A stretch of DNA of 56,171 nt from an uncultured Rhodospirillaceae bacterium. Its GTDB lineage: Bacteria; Pseudomonadota; Alphaproteobacteria; GCA-2731375. The stretch lies in contig CAYWYB010000001.1 in the NCBI GenBank assembly GCA_964462145.1, positions 1-56,171 of the forward strand, given 5' to 3'. This document shows positions 31,049 to 39,393 of this stretch, one piece after another. A program made the translations under genes and the position numbers. Below the pieces are notes generated by a model. The model was not told the DNA's origin, made no database searches, and saw only the letters and a program-made list of their open reading frames with translations. Positions within the stretch are counted from its first letter, which is position 1. Each line of letters opens with the position of its first letter.

Positions 31049-31363
31049 ATGCCGTTCAAGGTAACCAGGGACGGGCTCGTGATCGCGATAAGATTGCGCC
31101 CCGGCGCCTCCGCCAATCGAATAGACGGCGTCCAAGCCATGGCCGATGGCGGCCAGCGCCTTTGTCTGCGGGTGACGGCGGTGCCGGAAAAGGGCAAGGC
31201 CAATCAGGCCATGATAAGGCTGCTGGCAAAGGCCTGGCATGTGCCGCGCGGCAGCCTTACGGTCGTGGCCGGCGCCAAACAGCGCAACAAATCCCTGCTG
31301 CTGCAAGGCGGCAGCGCGGTGGAATTAGAGATACTGGAAAACTGGTCGAAGAACCAGAGTTAG
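31049..31363 (+). CDS. DUF167 (YggU) family protein
   Basis: From the ATG at 31049 it reads MPFKVTRDGLVIAIRLRPGASANRIDG...VTAVPEKGKAN, the YggU signature. Confidence 0.8.
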   Translation: MPFKVTRDGLVIAIRLRPGASANRIDGVQAMADGGQRLCLRVTAVPEKGKANQAMIRLLAKAWHVPRGSLTVVAGAKQRNKSLLLQGGSAVELEILENWSKNQS

Positions 31364-33159
31364 TCGCTCGGCACCATGTGCAGGTTGGGCGCTTCCCAAG
31401 GGCGTTCGATGACCGGTGCGCCAAAGTGATAGCCCTGTAAGTATTTGACGCCGCGGTCGCGCAGGGCCTGGGCTTCTTCTTCGGTTTCCACGCATTCACC
31501 GACCACATCGGCATTGAAGCCATCGGCCAGATCCAGCAAGGTTTGCACGAACAACTGGTTTTCCTTGTTCTCGTGCAGGTCTTTGACGAACTGCCCATCG
31601 ATTTTCACGATATCGACCGACAGCGCCTTCAAATGCCGGTACGAGGTATAGCCGGCGCCGAAATCATCCAGCGCGATGCGGCAACCCAGATCCCGCAGCT
31701 TGTTGGCGAAGCGGGCGGTTTCCTCGAAATCCATCATGGCCACGGTTTCGGTGATTTCGAATATCAGGCGGTCGGCAACGCTGGAATGGATATGCACCAG
31801 GGACAGCAGGTGATCCAAGGTCGAGGGATCGGTCGCCGACATGCCTGAAACGTTGACTGCCAGATGAATGTCCTTGACCTGCTCCATCTCCAGCAGGGCC
31901 ATTTCCAGTGTGTGTTTGTCCAAACGGCGGATCAGGCCCAGCTTTTCAACCACGGGAATAAACAGACCGGCGGGAACCAGTTCGCCATTCTCGTTCAGCA
32001 TGCGTAACAGACATTCGTACAATTGGGTTTCACCGCTCGCACTATCGACGATGGGTTGCACCGCGAATGTCAGGCGACCGTCCTTCATGGCCCGCATGAC
32101 CGCATCGCCGGTTGCCAGGGATTTACGCCGGGCAGCGTCACGGTTGGCCGAGCCGCGGTGCAGCACGAAACGGTCCCGCCCCTGCGATTTGGCTTTTGAC
32201 AGGGCTTCTTCTGCCCGTCCCATGGCTTCGCGGCTGTTGGCGCCGTCCTTTGGCAGTAGCGCGCCGCCTATGGACAGGGAAACCGATAGCGGGCCGGCCT
32301 CGCTGATAATTTCCCGTTGCCGCGCGGCGAACAGAATTTTATCCGCCACTTTGCGCATTTCCACATCCGTGGCGCCGGGCAAGATCAGGCCAAATTGATT
32401 GCCGCCCGCCCGCCCGATGATATCTCCGACCTGGGTGCAATTCTCCACCCGCTTGCCGATCTCGATGATGGCGGTATCCGCGATGTCGAAACCATAGGCG
32501 TCATTGATCAGGCCCAGGCGGTCTATATTGATCAAAAGATACGCCGCGGTTGTGCCCTCGTCGCGGCAATCCTGTAAAACGTCGTCCAAGGCCTCTTGCA
32601 GGCGGGCCCGGTGCAGATGACCGGTCAAGGCGTCATAAAAGGCCATCCGTTCCAATTCAGCCTCACGCACCTTCCAGGGCGTGATCACGCGCATGACGCC
32701 ATGAAAGCGGGTCGCATTGCCATTGCCATCCAGCTCGACGCTGCCGCGCTCGTCGATCCATTCGAAACCGCCGTCGGAGCGGCGCAGCTTATATTCGCAG
32801 GCGTAGGCGGTGCCGTCATCAAGCAGGCGGGAGAGCGCAATGGCCCGTCCGGGCAAGTCATCGGGAGAAATGCGCTGCTGCATTTGGGTGCCTTGGCTCG
32901 GCACATCCGAATCGTTCAGGCCCAAGGCCTCGGCCGCGCCGCCCGACCATTCCATTTGATCAGCGATGATATCCCAGCAATAGACCGCACCACCGGCGGC
33001 GGTGATGGACCGCGCCAATAATTCGTTATCCCAAGCCGGAATTCTATCCGTGGTCGTTTTCAGCGAAACGGTTCCCATGCTCTTCACATTTCTATAGATC
33101 GCGCCTACTGCGCTACCAGTTGCCATAAACCTAACGGAATAGGTGTTAAGAAATCCCAA
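31360..33159 (-). CDS. PAS / degenerate-GGDEF / EAL cyclic-di-GMP phosphodiesterase-type protein
   Basis: The EAL domain keeps its conserved residues (ECLLR, NVS, EITE, DDFGAGY, KIDG, ECVE, QGY). The GGDEF site reads GGNQF. A PAS domain lies N-terminal. The true start may be an internal Met. Confidence 0.88.
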   Translation of the reverse strand: MGFLNTYSVRFMATGSAVGAIYRNVKSMGTVSLKTTTDRIPAWDNELLARSITAAGGAVYCWDIIADQMEWSGGAAEALGLNDSDVPSQGTQMQQRISPDDLPGRAIALSRLLDDGTAYACEYKLRRSDGGFEWIDERGSVELDGNGNATRFHGVMRVITPWKVREAELERMAFYDALTGHLHRARLQEALDDVLQDCRDEGTTAAYLLINIDRLGLINDAYGFDIADTAIIEIGKRVENCTQVGDIIGRAGGNQFGLILPGATDVEMRKVADKILFAARQREIISEAGPLSVSLSIGGALLPKDGANSREAMGRAEEALSKAKSQGRDRFVLHRGSANRDAARRKSLATGDAVMRAMKDGRLTFAVQPIVDSASGETQLYECLLRMLNENGELVPAGLFIPVVEKLGLIRRLDKHTLEMALLEMEQVKDIHLAVNVSGMSATDPSTLDHLLSLVHIHSSVADRLIFEITETVAMMDFEETARFANKLRDLGCRIALDDFGAGYTSYRHLKALSVDIVKIDGQFVKDLHENKENQLFVQTLLDLADGFNADVVGECVETEEEAQALRDRGVKYLQGYHFGAPVIERPWEAPNLHMVPSD

Positions 33160-33219
33160 ATGCCGATAGTTAATGGACTATGGCCCGGGCTCGCCTCGTG
33201 TCTGGTTCCGAAAACGGCC

Positions 33220-33933
33220 TCAATCGGCAAATCGAAGGCGCGATAATTCCCGCAGTAAATATGCCAATAGGTTGACCACGAGAGAGACCAGCAACAGCAC
33301 CACGCCCAAGCCCAGTGCCTTGGCCAGGTCACCTTTGCTGGCTTCCAACGCAATGGTGGTGGTCATGACGCGGGTGACGTGATCGATATTACCACCCACG
33401 ATCATCACCGCCCCGACTTCGGCCGTGGCACGCCCGAAACCGGCGAGAACCGCCGTTAAGAGAGCGAACCGGCCATCCCACAGCAAGACCGAAAGCTGGC
33501 CCAGGGGCGGCACGCCGAGGGATTGCAGCTGTTCACGGTATTCCAGCCACATGCCTTCCATCACCTGACGGCTCAGGGCGGCGATTATTGGCAATACTAG
33601 GACAAATTGCGCGATCACCATCGCCGTCGGCGTAAACAGCAGGCCAAGGGCACCAAACGGGCCGGCCCGCGACAATAACAAATAGACCACCAGGCCCACG
33701 ACCACCGGGGGCAGGCCCATCAGGGCATTCAACAAGACCACCAAAACCCGCCGGCCCGGAAAGCGAAACAGCGCGGTAACGGCCCCGATGGGCAGCCCAA
33801 TGACGGTGGCAATGGCGACGGCGGTCAGACTGACCTGCAGGGACAAAATGATGATACCGCGAAGATAATCATCGCCTTGGCTCAATAATGCGAATGAGGC
33901 GCTCAGCGCCGGCCAGAATTCACTCATGGGCAC
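33220..33933 (-). CDS. ABC transporter permease (TupB/tungstate-type family resemblance)
   Basis: 237 aa with about 5 TM segments and an EAA-like loop (EQLQSLG). The C-terminal segment MIVGGNIDHVTRVMTTTIALEASKGD resembles COG4662-type permeases as I remember them. Confidence 0.75.
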   Translation of the reverse strand: MPMSEFWPALSASFALLSQGDDYLRGIIILSLQVSLTAVAIATVIGLPIGAVTALFRFPGRRVLVVLLNALMGLPPVVVGLVVYLLLSRAGPFGALGLLFTPTAMVIAQFVLVLPIIAALSRQVMEGMWLEYREQLQSLGVPPLGQLSVLLWDGRFALLTAVLAGFGRATAEVGAVMIVGGNIDHVTRVMTTTIALEASKGDLAKALGLGVVLLLVSLVVNLLAYLLRELSRLRFAD

Positions 33934-33937
33934 TCGC

Positions 33938-34870
33938 TCATGGTGTTTGCGCCGGCGGGGCTATTTGCGCCCTAAAGCTGTCGGCGATGTCGCCTGCGGT
34001 GGCAAACCACAGCCCCTCCATCTCCGAGAGGTGGCTCAGGATTTGATCCAGGTAGCGGATACGCTGCGGTTGTCCGATCACCCAGGGGTGCAGCCCAAGG
34101 CTCATCATGCGGGCGCCGCCATCGCCGCCGGCGCTTTCCTGGTGCAGCCGGTCGGCGGCTTCGCACACCATCTGACCATAGCGCGGCGCGGTCAGCTGAC
34201 GCAGCGCCATCAATGTTCCGTCGTCCCATTCTACATGGTAGGGCAGGGATACCAGGGGCGGCGCCAGGGTCAGCCAATAGGGTTGGTCGTCATTAGGCCA
34301 ATCAGCCAGATAATCGGCCCCGGCGGCGGCCAGCAATTGCGGCGTGCGTGGGCTTTCACCAAAATCCTGGCCAATCCAGCCCACCCGCCCGGCACCGCTG
34401 CTTTGCCGGATTTCGGCCAGGGCGCCGTGGATCAGATCTTCTTCCTGGCTCAGGCTCATTTGCGAATTGATCATGCGGGTGGCGTGGCTGCCGTGGGCCG
34501 CGATCTCGTAGCCCCGGCGCAGACATTCCTCGATCAACCCAGGCCGCTCCCGGCACAGTGCACTGTTGGCGGCCACGGTGACCGGCACGGAATAGCGGTC
34601 CAGCACATCCAAAATCCGAAAGATGCCGACTCGATTGCCGTATTCCCGTGTCGAATAGGTGCGGTAGTCGGGAAAAAAATTACCAAATTCGCCCCTGAAC
34701 CGGCCATCGCGGAGGGCGGTGGCGGGAGGCTGCAATTCCCATTGTTCCAGGTGCAAAACAATCCATATGGCCAGCCGTTTTCCGTCGGGCCAGACCAGCT
34801 TCGGCCGAGTTGGCAGGGCGGAAAAGGGGTAGAGGGCATGGTCCATGCCAGGCAGGCGTTTCTCAACCAT
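33938..34870 (-). CDS. Polysaccharide deacetylase (NodB-homology / PuuE-like) family protein, paralog B
   Basis: It has a NodB-type fold signature (AAHGSHATRM, LGLHPWVIGQPQRIRYLDQIL). I prefer the ATG at 34870, which follows a GGGAGG Shine-Dalgarno. The ORF-track start is 34891. Confidence 0.75.
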   Translation of the reverse strand: MVEKRLPGMDHALYPFSALPTRPKLVWPDGKRLAIWIVLHLEQWELQPPATALRDGRFRGEFGNFFPDYRTYSTREYGNRVGIFRILDVLDRYSVPVTVAANSALCRERPGLIEECLRRGYEIAAHGSHATRMINSQMSLSQEEDLIHGALAEIRQSSGAGRVGWIGQDFGESPRTPQLLAAAGADYLADWPNDDQPYWLTLAPPLVSLPYHVEWDDGTLMALRQLTAPRYGQMVCEAADRLHQESAGGDGGARMMSLGLHPWVIGQPQRIRYLDQILSHLSEMEGLWFATAGDIADSFRAQIAPPAQTP

Positions 34871-35783
34871 TTGCCTCGCCTCCCGCCCCATTCTCTATAA
34901 GGTGCGCCGAAACCTGGTCCCACATCTCGGCGTAATACCAATCGGCGATCTGCTCGCCCGTGGCCTGCCAGACGCCGTCGTGGGAGAGGATATAGTCCAG
35001 CATTTTCTCCAAATAGCCGATGCGGTGGGGCTGTCCCATCATATAGGGATGCAGGGCCAGGCACATAATGCGGGGCTGGTCCGCGCCCTCGGCATACACG
35101 GTGTCGAAATAGTCCCGTACCATGACCAGGAAATCATCGGCTTCCTGGGCCCGGTTATGCAGCACGGCGTCATTCAGTTCCATGGAATAGGGCACTGTTA
35201 AAAGCCGCCCCTGGCGCACATTCATTGGCCCCGGCTGGTCGTCGTGCACCCAATCGGCGTAATATTTGATGCCCGCCTCGGCCACCAGATCGGGCGTGTT
35301 CAGGGTGTGGGAGGCGGCGGGCGAGAACCAGCCGGGCAACTGCCTACCCGTCAGGCGGCGATAGGTCTCGACGCACTCCTCGATGATCGCCCGTTCGTCC
35401 CCTTCGTCCAGGCCCCACAGATACTGGGTGTTGTACATCCCGTGGCACAAGACATCCCATTTCCGCGCCTCGCAGGCCGCCATGATCTCCGGATAATGCT
35501 CAAACACACTCAAATTAAGGGAAACCGTGCAGCGCACATTGAAATGGTCCATCACATCGAACATGCGCCACAGGCCGACCCGATTGCCGTAGTCCTTGAT
35601 GCCATAGCCCAGGATGTCCGGATGGGGCATGCGCGGCCAGGGATCGCGGATACGCACGGGATCGGGCAGATATTCGTAATGCTCGATATTCGGACAGACC
35701 CACAGCGCCACCCGCGCCCCGTTTGGCAGCCGCAAGCGGGGCCGGTCGTTGATCGGTGAGTAGGTTAAACGTTCTTGGGCCAT
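34863..35783 (-). CDS. Polysaccharide deacetylase (NodB-homology / PuuE-like) family protein, paralog A
   Basis: It is collinear with paralog B (CHGMYNTQYL, LALHPYMMGQPHRIGYLEKML). I prefer the ATG at 35783 (MAQERLTYSP) over the TTG at 35843. Confidence 0.75.
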   Translation of the reverse strand: MAQERLTYSPINDRPRLRLPNGARVALWVCPNIEHYEYLPDPVRIRDPWPRMPHPDILGYGIKDYGNRVGLWRMFDVMDHFNVRCTVSLNLSVFEHYPEIMAACEARKWDVLCHGMYNTQYLWGLDEGDERAIIEECVETYRRLTGRQLPGWFSPAASHTLNTPDLVAEAGIKYYADWVHDDQPGPMNVRQGRLLTVPYSMELNDAVLHNRAQEADDFLVMVRDYFDTVYAEGADQPRIMCLALHPYMMGQPHRIGYLEKMLDYILSHDGVWQATGEQIADWYYAEMWDQVSAHLIENGAGGEANG

Positions 35784-35872
35784 GGGGCCGATCTTGCCAC
35801 AGGGTTGAGCCACACCCAAGTGCTGGGCACAATGGTGTTTCAAATTTCGCGTACGCCATGAAGGAGCCCGCC

Positions 35873-36811
35873 ATGTATCCCGACGTCACGGTGATCGAGC
35901 CAACGGTATTCGCCGAAGTGCCCGAGGAGTTGCAATTCTGGGACAGGGATTGTTACCTCTCGCGGGATGTCTTTCGCGGCCGGCCCCTGGGCTCGTTCCT
36001 GGAAGGGCCCTCGTTCGACATGGATGGTAATCTGTATGTGGTCGACATCGCCCATGGCCGCATCTTCCGAATTTCCGAAAGCGGCGAATTCGACGTGGTG
36101 GCGGACTATGACGGCAACCCCAATGGCCTGAAAATTCATCAGGACGGCCGTATTTTCGTGGCCGACAAGACCAACGGCATTCTTGAAATCGATCCGGTGA
36201 ACGGCAAGGTTTCGGTGCGCCTCGGGCCCGATGATATTGCCGGCTATAAGGGGTTGAACGATTTGTTCTTCGCTTCCAACGGCGATCTGTACTTTACCGA
36301 CATGGGCGCGACCGGGCTGGAGGATGCCTCCGGCCGGGTCTTTCGCTGGGACACCAAGGGCCAATTGCATTGCCTGATTGATAATGTGCCCGGCCCCAAT
36401 GGCTTGGTGATGGACCTGGATGAAACCCAGCTTTACCTGGCAGTGACCCGGGTCAACGGGGTCTGGCGCATGCCGTTCCGCCAGGACGGCAGCGTCAACC
36501 GGGTTGGCCTGTTCGCGCAGTTGGTCGGCGGCATGGGCCCGGATGGCATGGCCATGGACGTGGAAGGGAATTTGAGCATGGCGCATTTCGGCTTTGGCGC
36601 CGTCTGGCTGTTCTCGGCCCTGGGTCTGCCGCTGTACAAGATTCCCGATCCCGACGGCAGTCTGGCGACCACCAATCTCGCCTATGGCGGCCCCGATAAC
36701 CGTTCGCTATTCATCACCTCGTCCCTTAGCGGCAAAATCCTGCGGGCGGAGTTGCCGGTCCCCGGCCAACCCATGTTCTCTGGTGCCGGCGGCAAAGTTG
36801 ACGCACAATAG
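35873..36811 (+). CDS. SMP-30/gluconolactonase/LRE family protein, copy 1
   Basis: It has beta-propeller lactonase-like motifs (GPSFDMDGNLYVVD, PNGLKIH, DLFFASNGDLYFTD, PNGLVMD, PDGMAMD). The ATG at 35873 follows a GAAGGAG Shine-Dalgarno and matches the start of copy 2. Confidence 0.85.
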   Translation: MYPDVTVIEPTVFAEVPEELQFWDRDCYLSRDVFRGRPLGSFLEGPSFDMDGNLYVVDIAHGRIFRISESGEFDVVADYDGNPNGLKIHQDGRIFVADKTNGILEIDPVNGKVSVRLGPDDIAGYKGLNDLFFASNGDLYFTDMGATGLEDASGRVFRWDTKGQLHCLIDNVPGPNGLVMDLDETQLYLAVTRVNGVWRMPFRQDGSVNRVGLFAQLVGGMGPDGMAMDVEGNLSMAHFGFGAVWLFSALGLPLYKIPDPDGSLATTNLAYGGPDNRSLFITSSLSGKILRAELPVPGQPMFSGAGGKVDAQ

Positions 36812-36847
36812 CCAACCGATTTCCTCCAACCCCGCCGGAGCCCCAGC

Positions 36848-37768
36848 ATGTATCCCCAACCGACCGTGATCGAGCCAACCGTCTTCGCCCAGGTGCCGGA
36901 CGAATTGCAACTGCTGGACAAGGACTCCCACATGTCCCGGGACATCTTTCGCGGCCGGCCCCTGGGTTCTTTTTTGGAAGGCCCGTCGTTCGACCGGGAC
37001 GGTAATCTCTATGTGGTCGATATCGCCCATGGCCGCGTCTTCAAGATTTCGCCCAGCGGCGAGTTTGATGTGGCGGCGGACTATGACGGCAGCCCCAATG
37101 GCCTGAAGATCCACAAGGATGGCCGCATCTTCGTGGCCGACCGGCGCAAGGGTATTGTTGAAATTGATCCGGTGAACGGCAAGGTCTCGGTCTATATCGG
37201 GCCGGATCAGATGCCCGGCTACAAGGGGGTCAATGATTTGTTCTTCGCCTCCAACGGCGATCTGTATTTTACCGATCAAGGCGACACCGGCCTGCATGAT
37301 CCGACAGGCCGGGTGTTCCGCATGGATACCAACGGCGCCCTGCATTGCCTGATCGACAATGTTCCCAGCCCCAATGGCTTGGTAATGGATCCGGATGAAA
37401 CCCTGCTGTACATCGCCGTGACCCGCGCCAATGCGGTCTGGCGCATGCCGTTCCGTCAGGACGGCAGCGTCAACCGGGTCGGCCTGTTCGCGCAGCTGGT
37501 GGGCGGCATGGGCCCGGACGGCATGGCCATGGACGTGGATGGCAATCTGTCCATAGCGCACGCCGGCTTCGGCGCGGTCTGGCTGTTTTCCGCCCTGGGC
37601 CTGCCGATCTACAAGATCCCCGATCCCGACGGCAGCCTGCTGACAACCAACATGGCCTATGGCGGCCCTGATAACCGCTCGCTGTTCATCACCTCGTCAT
37701 TCAGCGGCAAGATTTTACGGGCCGAGATGCCGGCCACGGGCGAGACCATGTACGCCCACATGGACTAG
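36848..37768 (+). CDS. SMP-30/gluconolactonase/LRE family protein, copy 2
   Basis: 306 aa, collinear with copy 1 and highly similar at both the protein and DNA level. Confidence 0.85.
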   Translation: MYPQPTVIEPTVFAQVPDELQLLDKDSHMSRDIFRGRPLGSFLEGPSFDRDGNLYVVDIAHGRVFKISPSGEFDVAADYDGSPNGLKIHKDGRIFVADRRKGIVEIDPVNGKVSVYIGPDQMPGYKGVNDLFFASNGDLYFTDQGDTGLHDPTGRVFRMDTNGALHCLIDNVPSPNGLVMDPDETLLYIAVTRANAVWRMPFRQDGSVNRVGLFAQLVGGMGPDGMAMDVDGNLSIAHAGFGAVWLFSALGLPIYKIPDPDGSLLTTNMAYGGPDNRSLFITSSFSGKILRAEMPATGETMYAHMD

Positions 37769-37822
37769 TTCGATATATTCAACATACCGGCGCGTCAGTT
37801 TGCGCCAAATCAGGAGAGTACA

Positions 37823-38845
37823 ATGACATTGAAACTGGGATTGATGACCGGCTATTGGGGCGCGCAGCCGCCTCAGGATCTGATCGCCGTGGCCAAGCGG
37901 GCCGAGGAACTGGGCTATTATGGCTTTTTCACCGCCGAGGCCTATGGCTCCGACGCTCTGACGCCTCTGGCCTGGGTTGGGGCGCACACGGAAAAGATCA
38001 AGCTGGGTACGGCGATCGTGCAGATTTCCGCCCGTACGCCGACGGCAACGGCCATGCATGCCTTGACCCTGGACCATCTTTCCAATGGCCGGTTGATCCT
38101 GGGCCTCGGCGTCTCCGGCCCGCAGGTGGTTGAGGGCTGGTACGGCCAGCCTTTCGCCAAGCCTCTGGCCCGGACGCGGGAATATATCGACATCATCCGC
38201 CAGGTGCTGGCCCGCGAGAATCCAGTACAGATGGATGGTGCCCACTACACCATTCCCTATCCCGAGGACGCGCCAGGCTCCTGGGGCCTGGGCAAGCCGC
38301 TAAAGCCCATCACCCATCCATTACGGGCCGATATACCCATATTCCTGGGCGCCGAGGGACCGAAAAATGTCGCCATGGCGGCGGAGATCTGCGACGGCTG
38401 GTTCCCGCTGTACTATTCGCCGGACCGCGAAGAGGTCTATGCCGACGCCATAGCCGGGCGGGGCGATGATTTCGAGATCATGTATCCCATGAAGATGCAC
38501 ATCACGGATGATTTGGAAGCCGGCCGCCTGGAAGTGAAGAAGAGCCTGGCGTTGTACGTCGGCGGCATGGGTGCCAAGGACCAGAATTTCCACAACGAGC
38601 TGGTGGCCCGCATGGGCTACGCAGAGGCGGCGGCGAAGATCCAGGACCTGTATCTGGACGGCAAAAAGGCCGAGGCCGTGGCGGCTGTACCCGACGAACT
38701 GGTCGATGATATCTCGCTGGTGGGCCCCAAGGACCGCATCAAACAGCGCCTTGCGGCCTGGGAAGACAGCGCCGTAACATCATTGCTGGTCTGGCCCAAG
38801 ACGGCGGAGGATCTGGAAACCTACGCTGAACTGGTTCTGGATTAG
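37823..38845 (+). CDS. Luciferase-like monooxygenase (LLM) class oxidoreductase, resembling the actinobacterial F420-dependent subgroup
   Basis: The segments LGLMTGYWGAQPP...FTAEAYGSDALTPLAW...LGLGVSGPQVVEGWYGQPFAKPLARTREYIDI...GLGKPLKPITHPLRADIPIFLGAEGPKNV are strongly reminiscent of mycobacterial LLM class F420-dependent oxidoreductases, as I remember them. Confidence 0.75.
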   Translation: MTLKLGLMTGYWGAQPPQDLIAVAKRAEELGYYGFFTAEAYGSDALTPLAWVGAHTEKIKLGTAIVQISARTPTATAMHALTLDHLSNGRLILGLGVSGPQVVEGWYGQPFAKPLARTREYIDIIRQVLARENPVQMDGAHYTIPYPEDAPGSWGLGKPLKPITHPLRADIPIFLGAEGPKNVAMAAEICDGWFPLYYSPDREEVYADAIAGRGDDFEIMYPMKMHITDDLEAGRLEVKKSLALYVGGMGAKDQNFHNELVARMGYAEAAAKIQDLYLDGKKAEAVAAVPDELVDDISLVGPKDRIKQRLAAWEDSAVTSLLVWPKTAEDLETYAELVLD

Positions 38846-38856
38846 GGGGCGCCAAC

Positions 38857-39369
38857 ATGCCTGTGTTGAGCAAGGAAGAGCGCACGGCCTTCCTGGGCGA
38901 ACGGCGCGTGGTCATGCGCATTGCCGTCGTTCGCCCCGACGGCAGTCCGCTGGTCACGCCCCTGTGGTATCTGTACGAGGACGAGGCGATTTACTTCACG
39001 CCACGTGAACGTTCGGAATGGTTCGCCTGCCTGCGCAATGATCCGCGCGCGGCCCTCTGTATCGACGAACAGCCCCTGCCCTACCGCAAGGTCATGATCG
39101 AAGGAGCGGCGGAGCTGTTGTACGATGTGGGCGCCGATGATCAATGGCGCGATCTGTATCTGCGCATGGCGAAACAATATGTACCCAGCGACGATGCCGA
39201 GGCCTATCTGCGGAATACAATCAACGAACGCCGCGGACTGTTCCGGATCAAACTGGCGGACGCCAAGGTGCGCAGCTGGCGCCTGCCATTGCAGGATGAG
39301 GCCGGAGAAGGCATCTGGCATCAACGCTATTACCAGGACCCGAAGACGGAATTCGAGGGCCGGGCCTGA
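38857..39369 (+). CDS. Pyridoxamine 5'-phosphate oxidase (PPOX) family protein
   Basis: 170 aa with a split-barrel PPOX-like N-terminus (VMRIAVVRPDGSPLVTPLWYLYEDEAIYF). Confidence 0.7.
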   Translation: MPVLSKEERTAFLGERRVVMRIAVVRPDGSPLVTPLWYLYEDEAIYFTPRERSEWFACLRNDPRAALCIDEQPLPYRKVMIEGAAELLYDVGADDQWRDLYLRMAKQYVPSDDAEAYLRNTINERRGLFRIKLADAKVRSWRLPLQDEAGEGIWHQRYYQDPKTEFEGRA

Positions 39370-39393
39370 TCATTGGCGCGGCGGAAATACCGT

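Larger units (their letters stand above)
35873..37768 (+). repeat. Tandem gene duplication (two units of about 0.94 kb)
   Basis: The two SMP-30 genes align end to end with long identical nucleotide runs, for example ctttcgcggccggcccctggg and gatccggtgaacggcaaggt. Confidence 0.85.
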
